Shown here piece after piece: positions 35,291 through 46,300 of a stretch of 53,778 nt of DNA. Both the position numbers and the translations under genes were made by a program. Below the pieces are notes generated by a model. The model did not search any database. It saw nothing but the letters and a program-made list of their open reading frames with translations, and was not told where the DNA came from. Origin of the DNA: a virus (Duplodnaviria; Caudoviricetes). The stretch covers positions 1-53,778 of the IMG/VR virus record IMGVR_UViG_3300017779_003527. One strand, given 5' to 3'. How positions within the stretch are numbered: the stretch's first letter is position 1; each line of letters starts with the position of its first letter.

Positions 35291-35715
35291 TATTTTATTC
35301 CTAACTCATCTTGAGTCATTATCATCCATTTCATACCTTTATTCTTACAATATTCAGCTGCAACTTCAAACTTTCTTTGATTAACTGCAAACGTTTTCAT
35401 CTCTCTTAGGTATTTTACTGTCTGTCTTTTAGGCTTTTTAGGTGGAAGTAAATGCTGTTTAGGTTTAACTTCTATTACCATTTGCTCTCCGTTTTCTTTT
35501 TGAACCCAAAAATCTGGGAAGTATCTATGCATCTTTCTATCAATTGGACTGCGATATGGTATGCAAAATTCCTCAGAAGACCACTTTTCTATCTGTTTGT
35601 GGTCATCTAAATACTTCATTAGCTTGAACTCCCACAAACTTCTATAAATAATATTAGTGGAGTCCCCTCTATATTTGTTGGGGTTCTTGGGAACGAATTT
35701 ACCAGAGTAAGCCAT
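35290..35715 (-). CDS. gp4: head completion nuclease gp4 (TnsA-like)
   Basis: MAYSGKF.PKNP.KY.GD..NIIYRSLWE, WSSEE..IPY.SP.D...HRYFPDF, IEVKP; start at ATG 35715. Confidence 0.93.
   Translation of the reverse strand: MAYSGKFVPKNPNKYRGDSTNIIYRSLWEFKLMKYLDDHKQIEKWSSEEFCIPYRSPIDRKMHRYFPDFWVQKENGEQMVIEVKPKQHLLPPKKPKRQTVKYLREMKTFAVNQRKFEVAAEYCKNKGMKWMIMTQDELGIK
35643..35650 (+). promoter_or_regulatory. T4-type late promoter for the baseplate operon, embedded antisense in gp4
   Basis: TATAAATA 80 nt upstream of the gp48 start. Confidence 0.55.
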
Positions 35716-35730
35716 ATAGGTATTTATTAA

Positions 35731-36618
35731 ATGTACATAGGAAGACAAAAAAAAGGTTTAGCAGGTGGGAATGCACCATCAGCTAAGATTAAATCTAAAT
35801 TAGATGCAGGAGGCTCGTTCTCGTTTCCAAACGATTTAGGTGTACATCAATTCTGTATGATATTCCATGAGTACAATTATAACATGGAGGCCTCACAAGT
35901 AAAAGAATCTGTAGTATTACCATTACCAATGACAATAGTAGACAAGTATGGAATGGAATACAACAGTGCTGATCTAAAAACTATGGGAGCAGCTGGTGCA
36001 AGTGCAGCCGATGATATTATTGATAGCTTTAAGAAAGCAGGTAGCGCAGCAGGAAAAGAAAAAGAAGCACAACGAGCGGGGTCAATAAACATTGATGGTC
36101 TAGCAGCTGATGTAGGAACGGGCGTTATGGCCATTGCAAGGGACTTAAATCCTTTTGCATCTCAAGTAGAACCAGCTTTAGCATTGTCTACGGGAACAAT
36201 TAGTAATCCTCATACAGCATTATTATTCTCGGCAGTTAAATTAAAAGTGTTTGATTTTACATGGAAACTATATCCTCAAACATTAGACGAATCAAATAAC
36301 CTTAAAAAAATAATTAAGTTAATAAAACAAAGATCACATCCTTCTTTTATGGGGCAAGGAACAAATAACTTTATAATGAAGTATCCGCATGAAGTAGACT
36401 TGTACTATCTTGGACAAGGCGATAGTATGCATAGATTCAAGAGAGCAGCTATTACTTCAATGCAAGTAAACTATACGCCAGAGGGACAACCAGCTTTCTT
36501 TGCAGGAACAGGTCAACCAGTATTTACAGAACTACAATTAGGATTTACAGAGACAACAGTTTGGACCTCAGAGGATTTTGAAGACGAGCCAGATGCAACA
36601 GGTAGTGGAGAATTATAA
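35731..36618 (+). CDS. gp48: baseplate tail-tube cap gp48
   Basis: V.LPLP..I.D, NPHTALLF....K.FDFTWKL.P....ES, ITSMQVNYTP.G, L.FTE. Confidence 0.85.
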   Translation: MYIGRQKKGLAGGNAPSAKIKSKLDAGGSFSFPNDLGVHQFCMIFHEYNYNMEASQVKESVVLPLPMTIVDKYGMEYNSADLKTMGAAGASAADDIIDSFKKAGSAAGKEKEAQRAGSINIDGLAADVGTGVMAIARDLNPFASQVEPALALSTGTISNPHTALLFSAVKLKVFDFTWKLYPQTLDESNNLKKIIKLIKQRSHPSFMGQGTNNFIMKYPHEVDLYYLGQGDSMHRFKRAAITSMQVNYTPEGQPAFFAGTGQPVFTELQLGFTETTVWTSEDFEDEPDATGSGEL

Positions 36619-37154
36619 TGAGATTTAGTAAAGGATACTTTTCTGACTTTCCACAAGTAGAATATGGAACTAAGATTGCACGTAATCTGATGTCGCGTCC
36701 TAAAATTAAAGAATCACTATTAGGTAATCCAAATGCATTTTATGATTACGTAGTTGAAGATGGTATGAGACCAGATCAAATAGCTCATCTTTATTATGAG
36801 GATTCTCAATTAGTATGGTTAATATTTTTAGCAAATAACATTGTAGATCCATATTATGACTGGCCACTTCCACAAACTCAATTTGGAAATTTCTTAATTT
36901 CAAAGTATGGTTCTATAGCAGCTGCACAAGCATTAATTAAACATTACAAGCATAACACAAAGGGTACAATAATTACAAAAGAAACATACGATCTCAATGG
37001 CACATATAGTAATATTGTAGCAGGTCAATATACAGCAGTATATGCTTATGATTTTGAAAACGATTTAAACGAGAGTAAAAGACAAATAAAATTGATAGAT
37101 AGTAGATTAGCTAACAAAGCAAAAGCTATGTTACGCGAAATTATGATTGGATAA
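36618..37154 (+). CDS. gp53: baseplate wedge gp53
   Basis: YFSDFP, Y.VEDGMRPDQIAH.YY.D..L.WLI.LANNI.DPYYDWP, NESKRQIKL. Confidence 0.92.
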   Translation: MRFSKGYFSDFPQVEYGTKIARNLMSRPKIKESLLGNPNAFYDYVVEDGMRPDQIAHLYYEDSQLVWLIFLANNIVDPYYDWPLPQTQFGNFLISKYGSIAAAQALIKHYKHNTKGTIITKETYDLNGTYSNIVAGQYTAVYAYDFENDLNESKRQIKLIDSRLANKAKAMLREIMIG

Positions 37155-38520
37155 TATTATGGACAGATTCATAAATGTTCCAGCATCACAAAAAACAGAT
37201 ATAGGAACAACAACAGACAGAGGCATAACAGAACCTATAGATGGTAATGATCAATCTCTGTACAATCCAAGTAACGTCGTAATAGATTTTTTAGAAATCA
37301 ATCATCCTGCAGGCAGATTAGATTTACAGGGATCATATCATTCTATAGTAATAACAGAAAGCGTATTTGAAAAAGCATTGACATGTAAGGTAGTAGTACT
37401 TGATGCAACAGAGAAGCTAGCAGAATTAGATTTAGATGGATCCGAAGAATTAAAAATAGGATTCCATAGCGAGAAGAATAAAGAAATAGTAAACTCTTAT
37501 AAAGTCTATAGAGTAGAAACAACTAATGATGATGCATCTGGTTCAAAAGGAAAAGCATATCAACTGTTTGGTATATCAGAAGAATTTGTAAAACAATCTA
37601 CAATGGACATTAATAAAGCATTTACTGGTACGCTTAGTAAATTTGTTGAAATAATATACGACTTCATAGGTAGCAAAAAACAAATAGACATACATCGTAC
37701 AACTGGAAGAGTTACTACTATTATACCAGGAATGACACCATTTGAGTCTATTGAAATGATACAAAGAAGATCATACAATGCTAGATTCTCTTCATCTATA
37801 TTTCTTTTTTATGAAGACACAAGAGGCTTTAACTTTGTAAACATGGAGCAATTGATAGCTGAAGGACGAAACAGAGCAATAGAATATTCGTATAACCCTG
37901 GTGTGCAATTGGACGACATGAAGACGTTACAAGCTCAGCGCACAATAAGCGAGATTAATTTTCCAAGGGGAAGAAACTTAATAGATAAAATTAAGAGTGG
38001 AGCATATGCATCACAGGTAGCAGAAATTGATGTCATTAATCAAAGAATTGATAGAACAATATTAACTGTAAAAGAGAACTTCAATGACTTCTATCATTTA
38101 GACAAGCCGGCCATTACATTAGATAAGACAGATATAATCAACGATTCACTTAATGTAATTAACAGTACTACATGGATTAACAAGTATGTTGATGGCGTAA
38201 GGCATAGAGAAAATAACTTTGGTCCGGCTTTAACTAGAAGAAAATTCTATGCAGATAGCTTAGGACAGATACAAATGAATGCTGTTGTGCCCGGTAATTC
38301 CGATCTAAATGTAGGAATGGTAATGGATTTAGACATGATAGAGTCATCAGCAAACAAAGAAAATCCAGATCAAGAAAAGAAAATAAGTGGTAAATATTTA
38401 ATAACTGAAGTTAACCACCAAATAATTAAAGACAAATACAATTGTACAGTGGCTTGTAATAAAGAAAGCTATAGAGCTAATGTAGATGATATATCAAGAT
38501 ATGTGGTAGGTAAAAGATAA
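37147..38520 (+). CDS. baseplate hub protein (gp27-like)
   Basis: Lies between gp53 and gp5; ITESVF, G.EEL.I.F, FLFYE...GFNF, VPGNSDL.VG, SGKYLITEV.H. Confidence 0.7.
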   Translation: MDNIMDRFINVPASQKTDIGTTTDRGITEPIDGNDQSLYNPSNVVIDFLEINHPAGRLDLQGSYHSIVITESVFEKALTCKVVVLDATEKLAELDLDGSEELKIGFHSEKNKEIVNSYKVYRVETTNDDASGSKGKAYQLFGISEEFVKQSTMDINKAFTGTLSKFVEIIYDFIGSKKQIDIHRTTGRVTTIIPGMTPFESIEMIQRRSYNARFSSSIFLFYEDTRGFNFVNMEQLIAEGRNRAIEYSYNPGVQLDDMKTLQAQRTISEINFPRGRNLIDKIKSGAYASQVAEIDVINQRIDRTILTVKENFNDFYHLDKPAITLDKTDIINDSLNVINSTTWINKYVDGVRHRENNFGPALTRRKFYADSLGQIQMNAVVPGNSDLNVGMVMDLDMIESSANKENPDQEKKISGKYLITEVNHQIIKDKYNCTVACNKESYRANVDDISRYVVGKR

Positions 38521-39959
38521 TGCAGAGTGGATCAGATAGTTTTGTAAATTTAAGACACTTCATTGGTGTGGTGGAAGATAGAAATGATCCATTACAACTT
38601 GGTAGAGTTAGAGTAAGAGTATATTCTATTCATACAGAAGATAAGAGTCTTATTAAAACTAAAGACTTGCCATGGGCTCTTGTATTACAACCTGGCAGCA
38701 ACCCAGCTACAAGTGGCATAGGTCAATCAGGAACAGGTATTGTCGAGGGTACTTGGGTATTTGGTTTATTTTTAGATCAAGGTGAATATCAAAATCCATT
38801 AATATTAGGTGCTATGCATGGTATGCCAGTGAGTAGTTCTGATCCTACAGAAGGGTTCAATGATCCAAGAGGAGTATATCCTAAGGATGATCCAGAAATA
38901 CATTCGCTTGGCGAGACATCTATATCAAGATTAGCAAGAGGCAGAAAGCATGCAGAGCAGCATACTGTCATGGTCAGTAAGAGAGAAGGAAAAGATAAGC
39001 TAGGTAAAGTAGACACAGCTAAAGCTCCAGCAATGGGATCAGTAATATCAAGAGGCGTGTTCTCAATATACAATAGAAGAAAGACTTGGGTAGAGCCACA
39101 TCCAAGAACTGGTGACATAGAATTAACTGATTGGTTTAATTCAGATAAAAATTATTCTACATATCCTTACTGTCACGTCTGGTATACAGAAAGCGGCCAT
39201 GCATTAGAAGTAGATGATACGCCAGGTGCAGAAAGATTGCATATGTATCATAAGTCAGGAACATTCCAAGAAATTCAAGCAGATGGTGACAAAATAGAAA
39301 AAATTATTGGCGATAACTATGAAATTGATTTAAAGAATAAACATCTTTATGTATCCGGCGATTATACGGTTACAGTAGATGGCGATATGAAAGAGCTTGT
39401 TCATGGTGATAAGTATACAGAAGTAGACGGAAATCATTTTGTAACAGTTAGAAAAGATTACGTTAAGAAAGTACAAGGTAATGAGCTAAAAGAAATACTA
39501 TCAGATAAGTCTACTCAAGTCAATGGAGACGAGAATAAAAGAACAAGTGGTAACTTTATATCAGCTATTGTTGGTGCAGCCACAGAAAGTATCAAAGGTA
39601 CATTTACAAAAACTACTGCTGGAGAAGAAAAGAGAACTAATCTATCTACAGCTACACACATACTATCTGACAACTACACATTGCTTGGTGCAAACAATTT
39701 AAACATAGCAGCAGGTGGAAACTTAAACATAGCGGCTCAAAAAGACATTATATTTAAAGCAGTAGCTAATATGGACATAGATGCAAACGCCATGACAATA
39801 GATGCTCCTACAATGTCTATAGATGGACCGGCTGGAAATATAACTTCTAATGAAGTAACACTACATACTCATACACATCAAACAACATCAATGGATACTG
39901 GTAATGGTGCAAATTCAGGTAGTAAGAATGCTTCAGATTCACCAAACAGTGGGACATAA
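38520..39959 (+). CDS. gp5: baseplate central spike gp5 (no lysozyme domain)
   Basis: OB fold GVVEDRNDP..LGRVRVR...H, TESGH..EVDDTPGAERL..YHKSGTF, V.GD beta-helix repeats, C-terminal LHTHTH. Confidence 0.92.
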   Translation: MQSGSDSFVNLRHFIGVVEDRNDPLQLGRVRVRVYSIHTEDKSLIKTKDLPWALVLQPGSNPATSGIGQSGTGIVEGTWVFGLFLDQGEYQNPLILGAMHGMPVSSSDPTEGFNDPRGVYPKDDPEIHSLGETSISRLARGRKHAEQHTVMVSKREGKDKLGKVDTAKAPAMGSVISRGVFSIYNRRKTWVEPHPRTGDIELTDWFNSDKNYSTYPYCHVWYTESGHALEVDDTPGAERLHMYHKSGTFQEIQADGDKIEKIIGDNYEIDLKNKHLYVSGDYTVTVDGDMKELVHGDKYTEVDGNHFVTVRKDYVKKVQGNELKEILSDKSTQVNGDENKRTSGNFISAIVGAATESIKGTFTKTTAGEEKRTNLSTATHILSDNYTLLGANNLNIAAGGNLNIAAQKDIIFKAVANMDIDANAMTIDAPTMSIDGPAGNITSNEVTLHTHTHQTTSMDTGNGANSGSKNASDSPNSGT

Positions 39960-39961
39960 CG

Positions 39962-41119
39962 ATGAGTAAAGAATGCGGAATATCAGAAGCAGCTGCTGCA
40001 TTGAACAGTACGATAGACGGTGCAAAAGCAAAAGCAGATGAAATTGTAGGCGATATTACTTCAGGTATATCTTCATTAGCAGCTGATATAACATCACAAA
40101 CAAGTGGTATAAAAGCCGACTTAGAAAGTATGGCACCAGATATTCCAGTACCGGCTGCTAGCTTACAGAGCATGATGCAGAACTTAGTTGACAATCCTAA
40201 TCCAGCTACTATGGCTCAACAACTTGCAGAGATAGAAGAAAAGTTTGGACCTCATGTAGATGTTAGTGCAATGCTTGATGACTTTGGATTAGATTCAAAA
40301 GAACTAACTGATATGTCAAGCAAGTTTAAAGCAGCTGATCTTCTTAATGTTCCTGTAGACCTATCAGGTGTCGGATCATTAGTAGGCGGTGCAGTTGATA
40401 AAATATTTGGATCATTAAGTGCTACCGATGCTCAAGGTAAGGTATGTATAGGAATTCCTAAACTAGAAATTGATGCAAATGGCAATGTTACTGAAAAGGG
40501 AAAAGAATCAAAAGCAGCTACAGAAGATGCAGCTGCTGATCAAGACGTAGCAGAGAAGAAAGCTGATATTAAACCTGACACTAAAGACGTAAGTGCAGAT
40601 AATGTTTTAAAATTAATAGATCCGGAATCTAAAGTAGATGCAGAGAAGTTTGATTTTGGTACTCCTATTAATAATAAATTAGCAGAAGAACTTAAAAAAG
40701 AATTTGCTATAGACACAGCAAAGCTAGCTAATCATGAGAAGACCGCAAGAAAGATACGTTCAGATTATATTAAAACAAGATCGACCGCGAGTGGTCTTCC
40801 AATAGGATACACAACATCTGCTGGAAGAGACCCTGACACAGAACATTTTTTAAACTGCTATAGAGAATTTTTAAACTTATATAAAATACAAATTCAAAAG
40901 AAATATCAAAATTTAGAAACGGATGATAAGACATCAACATTTAAAGTTGGTGAATTAGAACTTAGTCAAACAACAACAGATGACCCTGGAAACTATAAGT
41001 ATAGTGAATTCAAATACTTCTTTATAGAAACGACACCAAAAAAATCTACCAATAGACATAAAGCATTAATAGTAGAATTAAAGACATTTGATAGAATAAC
41101 TATACTCGAGGGAGAATAA
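39962..41119 (+). CDS. hypothetical virion-associated protein
   Basis: 385-aa ORF between gp5 and gp25. Confidence 0.65.
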   Translation: MSKECGISEAAAALNSTIDGAKAKADEIVGDITSGISSLAADITSQTSGIKADLESMAPDIPVPAASLQSMMQNLVDNPNPATMAQQLAEIEEKFGPHVDVSAMLDDFGLDSKELTDMSSKFKAADLLNVPVDLSGVGSLVGGAVDKIFGSLSATDAQGKVCIGIPKLEIDANGNVTEKGKESKAATEDAAADQDVAEKKADIKPDTKDVSADNVLKLIDPESKVDAEKFDFGTPINNKLAEELKKEFAIDTAKLANHEKTARKIRSDYIKTRSTASGLPIGYTTSAGRDPDTEHFLNCYREFLNLYKIQIQKKYQNLETDDKTSTFKVGELELSQTTTDDPGNYKYSEFKYFFIETTPKKSTNRHKALIVELKTFDRITILEGE

Positions 41120-41127
41120 ATATACTT

Positions 41128-41508
41128 ATGGCTATTTTTACAGACTTCAATACTTCATTAGCAGTGCATCCTGTTAAAAAAGACCTTTCGCTTAAAAGTG
41201 ATGTAGATGCTGTAAAGCAATCTATTAAGAGTTTAGTGCTCACTGATAAGATGGAAAGACCTTTTCAACCAGGAATAGGTTGTGATATTAGAAAAAGTTT
41301 ATTTGAAAACTTCTCTCCACAAACAGTAACAAAGGCAAAAGCACAGATAGTAGAGACAATAGAAACATATGAGCCAAGATGTAATTTAATTAACATAGTA
41401 GCATCACCAGATCCGGATAACAACACTTTAAATATAGCGATTGTTTTTAGTCTGATAAATAGTGATAGAGAAGAAAATCTTCAATTAGTATTAGAGAGAG
41501 TAAGATAA
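41128..41508 (+). CDS. gp25: baseplate wedge gp25
   Basis: AVKQSIKSLVLT...ERPFQP.IG......LFE, I..YEPR. Confidence 0.95.
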   Translation: MAIFTDFNTSLAVHPVKKDLSLKSDVDAVKQSIKSLVLTDKMERPFQPGIGCDIRKSLFENFSPQTVTKAKAQIVETIETYEPRCNLINIVASPDPDNNTLNIAIVFSLINSDREENLQLVLERVR

Positions 41509-41509
41509 A

Positions 41510-43303
41510 ATGGCTAACAGTGCATTATCAGTAGCAAACACAAACTTCGCAGACATTAAGCAAAATTTAAAAAGCTATTTGTCTTCGCAAGGATTATTTA
41601 AAGATTATAATTTTGAAGGTTCAAATATGAATGTTCTATTGGACGTGTTATCATATAATACTTTCATACAAAATTTTTATCTAAACCAAGTAGCTTCAGA
41701 ATCATTTTTAGACAGCTCACAGTTAAGAGACAGTATTGTATCTCATGCAAAAACATTAAACTACTTACCTAAATCTCAGACAGCGGCAACATCAGTTGTT
41801 GATGTTGAAATATATCCAGCCAATACTCCAGCAGCTATTACAATGCCAAAGTATACTTCATTTACTACATCAGTAGAAAGCAACTCATTTAACTTTACAA
41901 CAGATGCAGGACTAACAATTACAGCCGATGCAAATGGAAAATATATTGCTAGTGGCGTAACTCTTAAAGAGGGTGAAATAGTAACAGAACTATTTACAGT
42001 TAATACAGCAAACACAGATCAAAGATATGTTTTAAGTAATCCAGAAATAGACACAGATAGTTTATCAGTTAAAATTAATGAATCAACAACAGACACTACT
42101 AACTCTATATGGACTAGTAGTTTATCAGCAGTAGGACTTTCTGGAACTTCCAATGTGTATTATATTGTTCCAGCTGAAGGAAAGAAATATGAATTGCAAT
42201 TTGGAGATGGAATACTAGGAGCTCCTGTATTAAACGGTAATGTTATTGAAGCCACATATAGAAAGGTAAGTGCAAACGCAGCAAATGAAGCATCAGTGTT
42301 TACATCAGCATCAGATATTCAAGGATATACAAATGTAGTAGTGACAACTGTATCTTCAGCATCGGGTGGAGGCTTTGAAGAGAGCAACACATCAATTAAA
42401 TTCAATGCACCAAAAGCATTATCAATACAAGATAGAACAGTAACAACAAACGATTATGAAACTATACTAAAGCAACAATTTAATGATATAGAAGCTATTA
42501 GTGTATTTGGTGGTGAAGAAGCTGATCCACCTCAATTTGGTAAAGTAATTATTTCAGTAGACTTAAAAAATGCAACTGGAATTCCAAACAGTAAAAAGAA
42601 ATTAATAGAAGACTTTACTAGGTTAAGATCCCCATTAGGAATATCACCAGAAGTTGTAGATCCAGTATTTTTATTTGTTGACGTTTCAACTAAAGTGTTG
42701 TATAATCCCAATGTAACAACTAAGAGTGATACAGAAATAGAAACATTAGTGTCGACAGCTATCAACGATCATGCAGCATCTAAGATAAACGACTTTAATG
42801 CTAAGCTGAGAGTATCTAAGTTATCAGCTGCTATTGATGCTGCTGATGCATCAATACTTAATAATGAGACTTCTATATTACTTCAAAAAACTATTATACC
42901 AACTTTAAACCAGGCAGGAAGCCATACTTTAGAGTTTGGAAATGAGATTTACAGGGAGATCGCGGACAGTTCGAATGAATTCGTAGACGGATCGTCACCT
43001 ATTACATCAACAACTTTTACATTTAATGGTCTTACTGGTTGTTCTTTAAGAGACAATGGCTCTGGAGTCATGCAAGTAGTACAACAACAAAATGCAGTGT
43101 TAACAATAGTGAATTCAAATATCGGAACAGTTGATTACATAACAGGAAAGGTTACAATATCTAATCTAAATGTATCAACATTTACTGGAGACTCTATAAG
43201 AGTGTCAGCTAACCCAACAGCGAAGACACTAAAATCAAATAAGAATATTATCTTATCATATAATCAGACACCGAGCATTACTATAGAACAAGAGAGGGTA
43301 TAA
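41510..43303 (+). CDS. gp6: baseplate wedge gp6
   Basis: F.DIK.NL..YL....FKDYNFEGS....LLDVLSYNT, ESFLDS.QLRDSIVSHAK.L.Y.P, FGDGILG, QDR.VT..DY. Confidence 0.95.
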   Translation: MANSALSVANTNFADIKQNLKSYLSSQGLFKDYNFEGSNMNVLLDVLSYNTFIQNFYLNQVASESFLDSSQLRDSIVSHAKTLNYLPKSQTAATSVVDVEIYPANTPAAITMPKYTSFTTSVESNSFNFTTDAGLTITADANGKYIASGVTLKEGEIVTELFTVNTANTDQRYVLSNPEIDTDSLSVKINESTTDTTNSIWTSSLSAVGLSGTSNVYYIVPAEGKKYELQFGDGILGAPVLNGNVIEATYRKVSANAANEASVFTSASDIQGYTNVVVTTVSSASGGGFEESNTSIKFNAPKALSIQDRTVTTNDYETILKQQFNDIEAISVFGGEEADPPQFGKVIISVDLKNATGIPNSKKKLIEDFTRLRSPLGISPEVVDPVFLFVDVSTKVLYNPNVTTKSDTEIETLVSTAINDHAASKINDFNAKLRVSKLSAAIDAADASILNNETSILLQKTIIPTLNQAGSHTLEFGNEIYREIADSSNEFVDGSSPITSTTFTFNGLTGCSLRDNGSGVMQVVQQQNAVLTIVNSNIGTVDYITGKVTISNLNVSTFTGDSIRVSANPTAKTLKSNKNIILSYNQTPSITIEQERV

Positions 43304-46300
43304 TGCCTGCAGAGATTAATGATAAAATCTCTTTATTCGTAAAGGATCAGTTTCCGGCATTCTATGCAGAAGATGGAAATATGTTTCGACTTTTTGTTGA
43401 AGCATATTATGAATTCCTAGAACAATCTGGTCAATCATTAGACTACTCAAGAAACTTAATAGAATATCAAGACATTGATAATACAACAGCTGAGTTTTTA
43501 GATCAATTTAAAAAACTATATTTAAACCAACTACCTGGATTAATTAAGGCTGATGATAGATTAACCATTAAAAATATAATGGACTTCTATAGAGCTAAAG
43601 GTAGTGAAAGATCAATCCAATTATTGTTTAGAATAATATTTGATGAAGAAGCATTAGTTGAGAATCCAGGAGACGATGTACTTAAACCTTCGACTTCTGA
43701 CTTTAGATTGCCAAGATACGTTGAAGTATATGCACCCGATGAAGATAATTTAATTGGATTACAAGGTAAAGAAATAATAGGTGCAACTTCTGGTGCAAAG
43801 GCTTTTGTAGAAAGTATATCTACCAAGATGGCAAATGGAGTAACAACCAGTGTCATACAACTATCAAACTTAAAAGGAAATTTTTTACGTGGAGAAATCA
43901 TTGCATCATCGTCTGATGGAATACAAGACAACATGCCAGTTGTTACTGGTTCATTATCATCCATTAATGTTACATTGGGAGGCCAAGACTTTAATGTTGG
44001 TGATTCTTTTGATGTCATTGCAGACGTAGGTAAATCAGGTAAAGCCAGAGTAACAGCAATTGATGCGGCTACTGGATTAGTAGACTTTCAATTAGCAAAT
44101 GGCGGATTTGGTTTTACAACTAACACATCATTTACTTCTATAGATGTTAATGATCAAAACATATCTGTAAATAATGTAATAAACGCAGCACAAACATATT
44201 CCAATACATCTAAAATAGATAATGCACAGTATACCAGATTTGAGACTGTAGACCAAAAAGTAGAGAAAATTACTTTCTTGAGTGGCGCACAAATGGTATC
44301 AGACATTAATACTATGATTGCTGATGGTGGGCAACCTTACATTGTTGGATCAAAAGATGCTAACGTAACCCATATTAATACAGTTGTAGCAAATGGCTAC
44401 ATAATAGATACAGCAATTGATGGAGCAAATGGTACACTGACAATTGCACCATTTAGTGGCTCTTTTGGAAATCAATTAGCACTTGCAGCCAATCTTTCTG
44501 TTAATACTCACATCTTTCAAGCAGGTGAGGAGATAGAGGAAGAGAATTTAGTTTCCTTAGGTATTAGTGGAACAGCAGGTTCTTTCTCAGCAGGAGATGT
44601 AGTAAAAGGTGATGACAGTGCAGCTAATGGTGTTGTAGTAACAGTTAACTCATCAGTAATGACTATTAATGGATCTTTTGGTACTTGGACATCTAATGAC
44701 AATGTTCAAGATGTAACTTCTGGGATAGCCAACACAGCAAACGTAACTTCCGTCTCAGTAACAAATACAGGTGCCAATGCTATTCTAGGTTCATTTACAA
44801 ATACTAACGCCAAACAATACACATTAAACATACATGAAATAGCTGGACAGTTTAATACTACTAAAAAAATTAAAGGTAAAAGAACAAATTCAATAGCCAT
44901 ATTAAATGGCGCTCCAGCAGATACAGGCGCATCTGATATATTCATGCAAGCTAATTTAGCATCAAGAGCAGTAGTTGATACGTATGCAAACGTATCTGTG
45001 TCCGGACAAGTAATTGGATCCAACACAACTAATATTGGTTTTAAAAACACTAAATGGGCAAATGGAAATAGTGCTGCTGTAAAATTTTATGCAAACGCAG
45101 CTGCATTTATAGTAGGAAGAGATTCAAACACATACGCTAATGTAATAACCGTTGGAACAGGATCAGGTGCAGGATTTAAAATTGGTGGATTAGAAAACCA
45201 AGAAACAATAACAATATACACAGACTTTATAGGTGAGAACAATGTATCAAATGTATCTTATCTTGATTGTGTTATAGGCGGCCAAGATGCAACAGCAACT
45301 GGTGCTAATAGTGGAACAGGATTTTTAGATACGGTAACAATTAGAACTGCAGGATCAGGTTATGCAAATGGAGAGGTAATAACATTTGCTACAGGTGGAC
45401 CAGGAGACGGACCGCCAACGACTAATGCTACAGCAAATGTAACAACTAATGGTAGTGGTGCTATAATAAGTACACAAGTAATAACAGCTGGGGCTGGTTT
45501 CTTCAATCAAAATGTTATAGGAACAGTAGCCACTTCAGGTGGATCAAGTGGTGTATTAACCGCTAACATAGATTTTGGATATGGATTTCCAAAAGATCCA
45601 AATGGAGATATAGATACAATATTAGATAATGTCCTTACAAGATTCTCAGGTAATGTGGGAACTATTACATCCATAGCTGACATTAACCCTGGTAATAATT
45701 ATAACTTTGATCCATTCTTATCTGTATACACAGGTGGTATTGCCAAATTCGATAGAAGAGATATAGTAGTTAATTTAACAGGAATGAACTCTGGTAGTGG
45801 TGGTTTGATAAAAGACTTCACTATTGGTGAAGTAGTAAACCAAACAGTTACTAATGCTGGCCAGACATTAACACTTAATGCAGTAACGGTACAAAACACA
45901 TCAACATCAAGTAATACGACAACAGGCGGAACAACAAACTTCCCACTTGGAGCATCTGTTGTTCAATCAAAAAATAGTACAGTTAGTGCAATTGGAACTA
46001 TTTTCTCATCTGACAGTACCAAAATTAATATTATAAATGGTAATATTAAAACTACTTTTGCAAATGGTCTGGTTACAATACTAACAAACAATCAACCATT
46101 TACATCTAATTCAACTATTAATGCTGTATCAATTGCATCTCCAAATACAGCAAACAACGAAACAAACGTATTTAGTACAATATCTTCTACTGGTGTGACA
46201 TCATCATCAGCAGTTGCTAAAGGACAAGTATATAAATTTAATAATAATCAAGATGGTACAGGCGATGTTGGATTAAGAAGATTATCATTTAGTGTAGGAT

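Noticed and set aside
35290-35715. TnsA-like nuclease as a Tn7 transposon
   Set aside because: Sequence and position match T4 gp4; no tnsB, tnsC or terminal repeats
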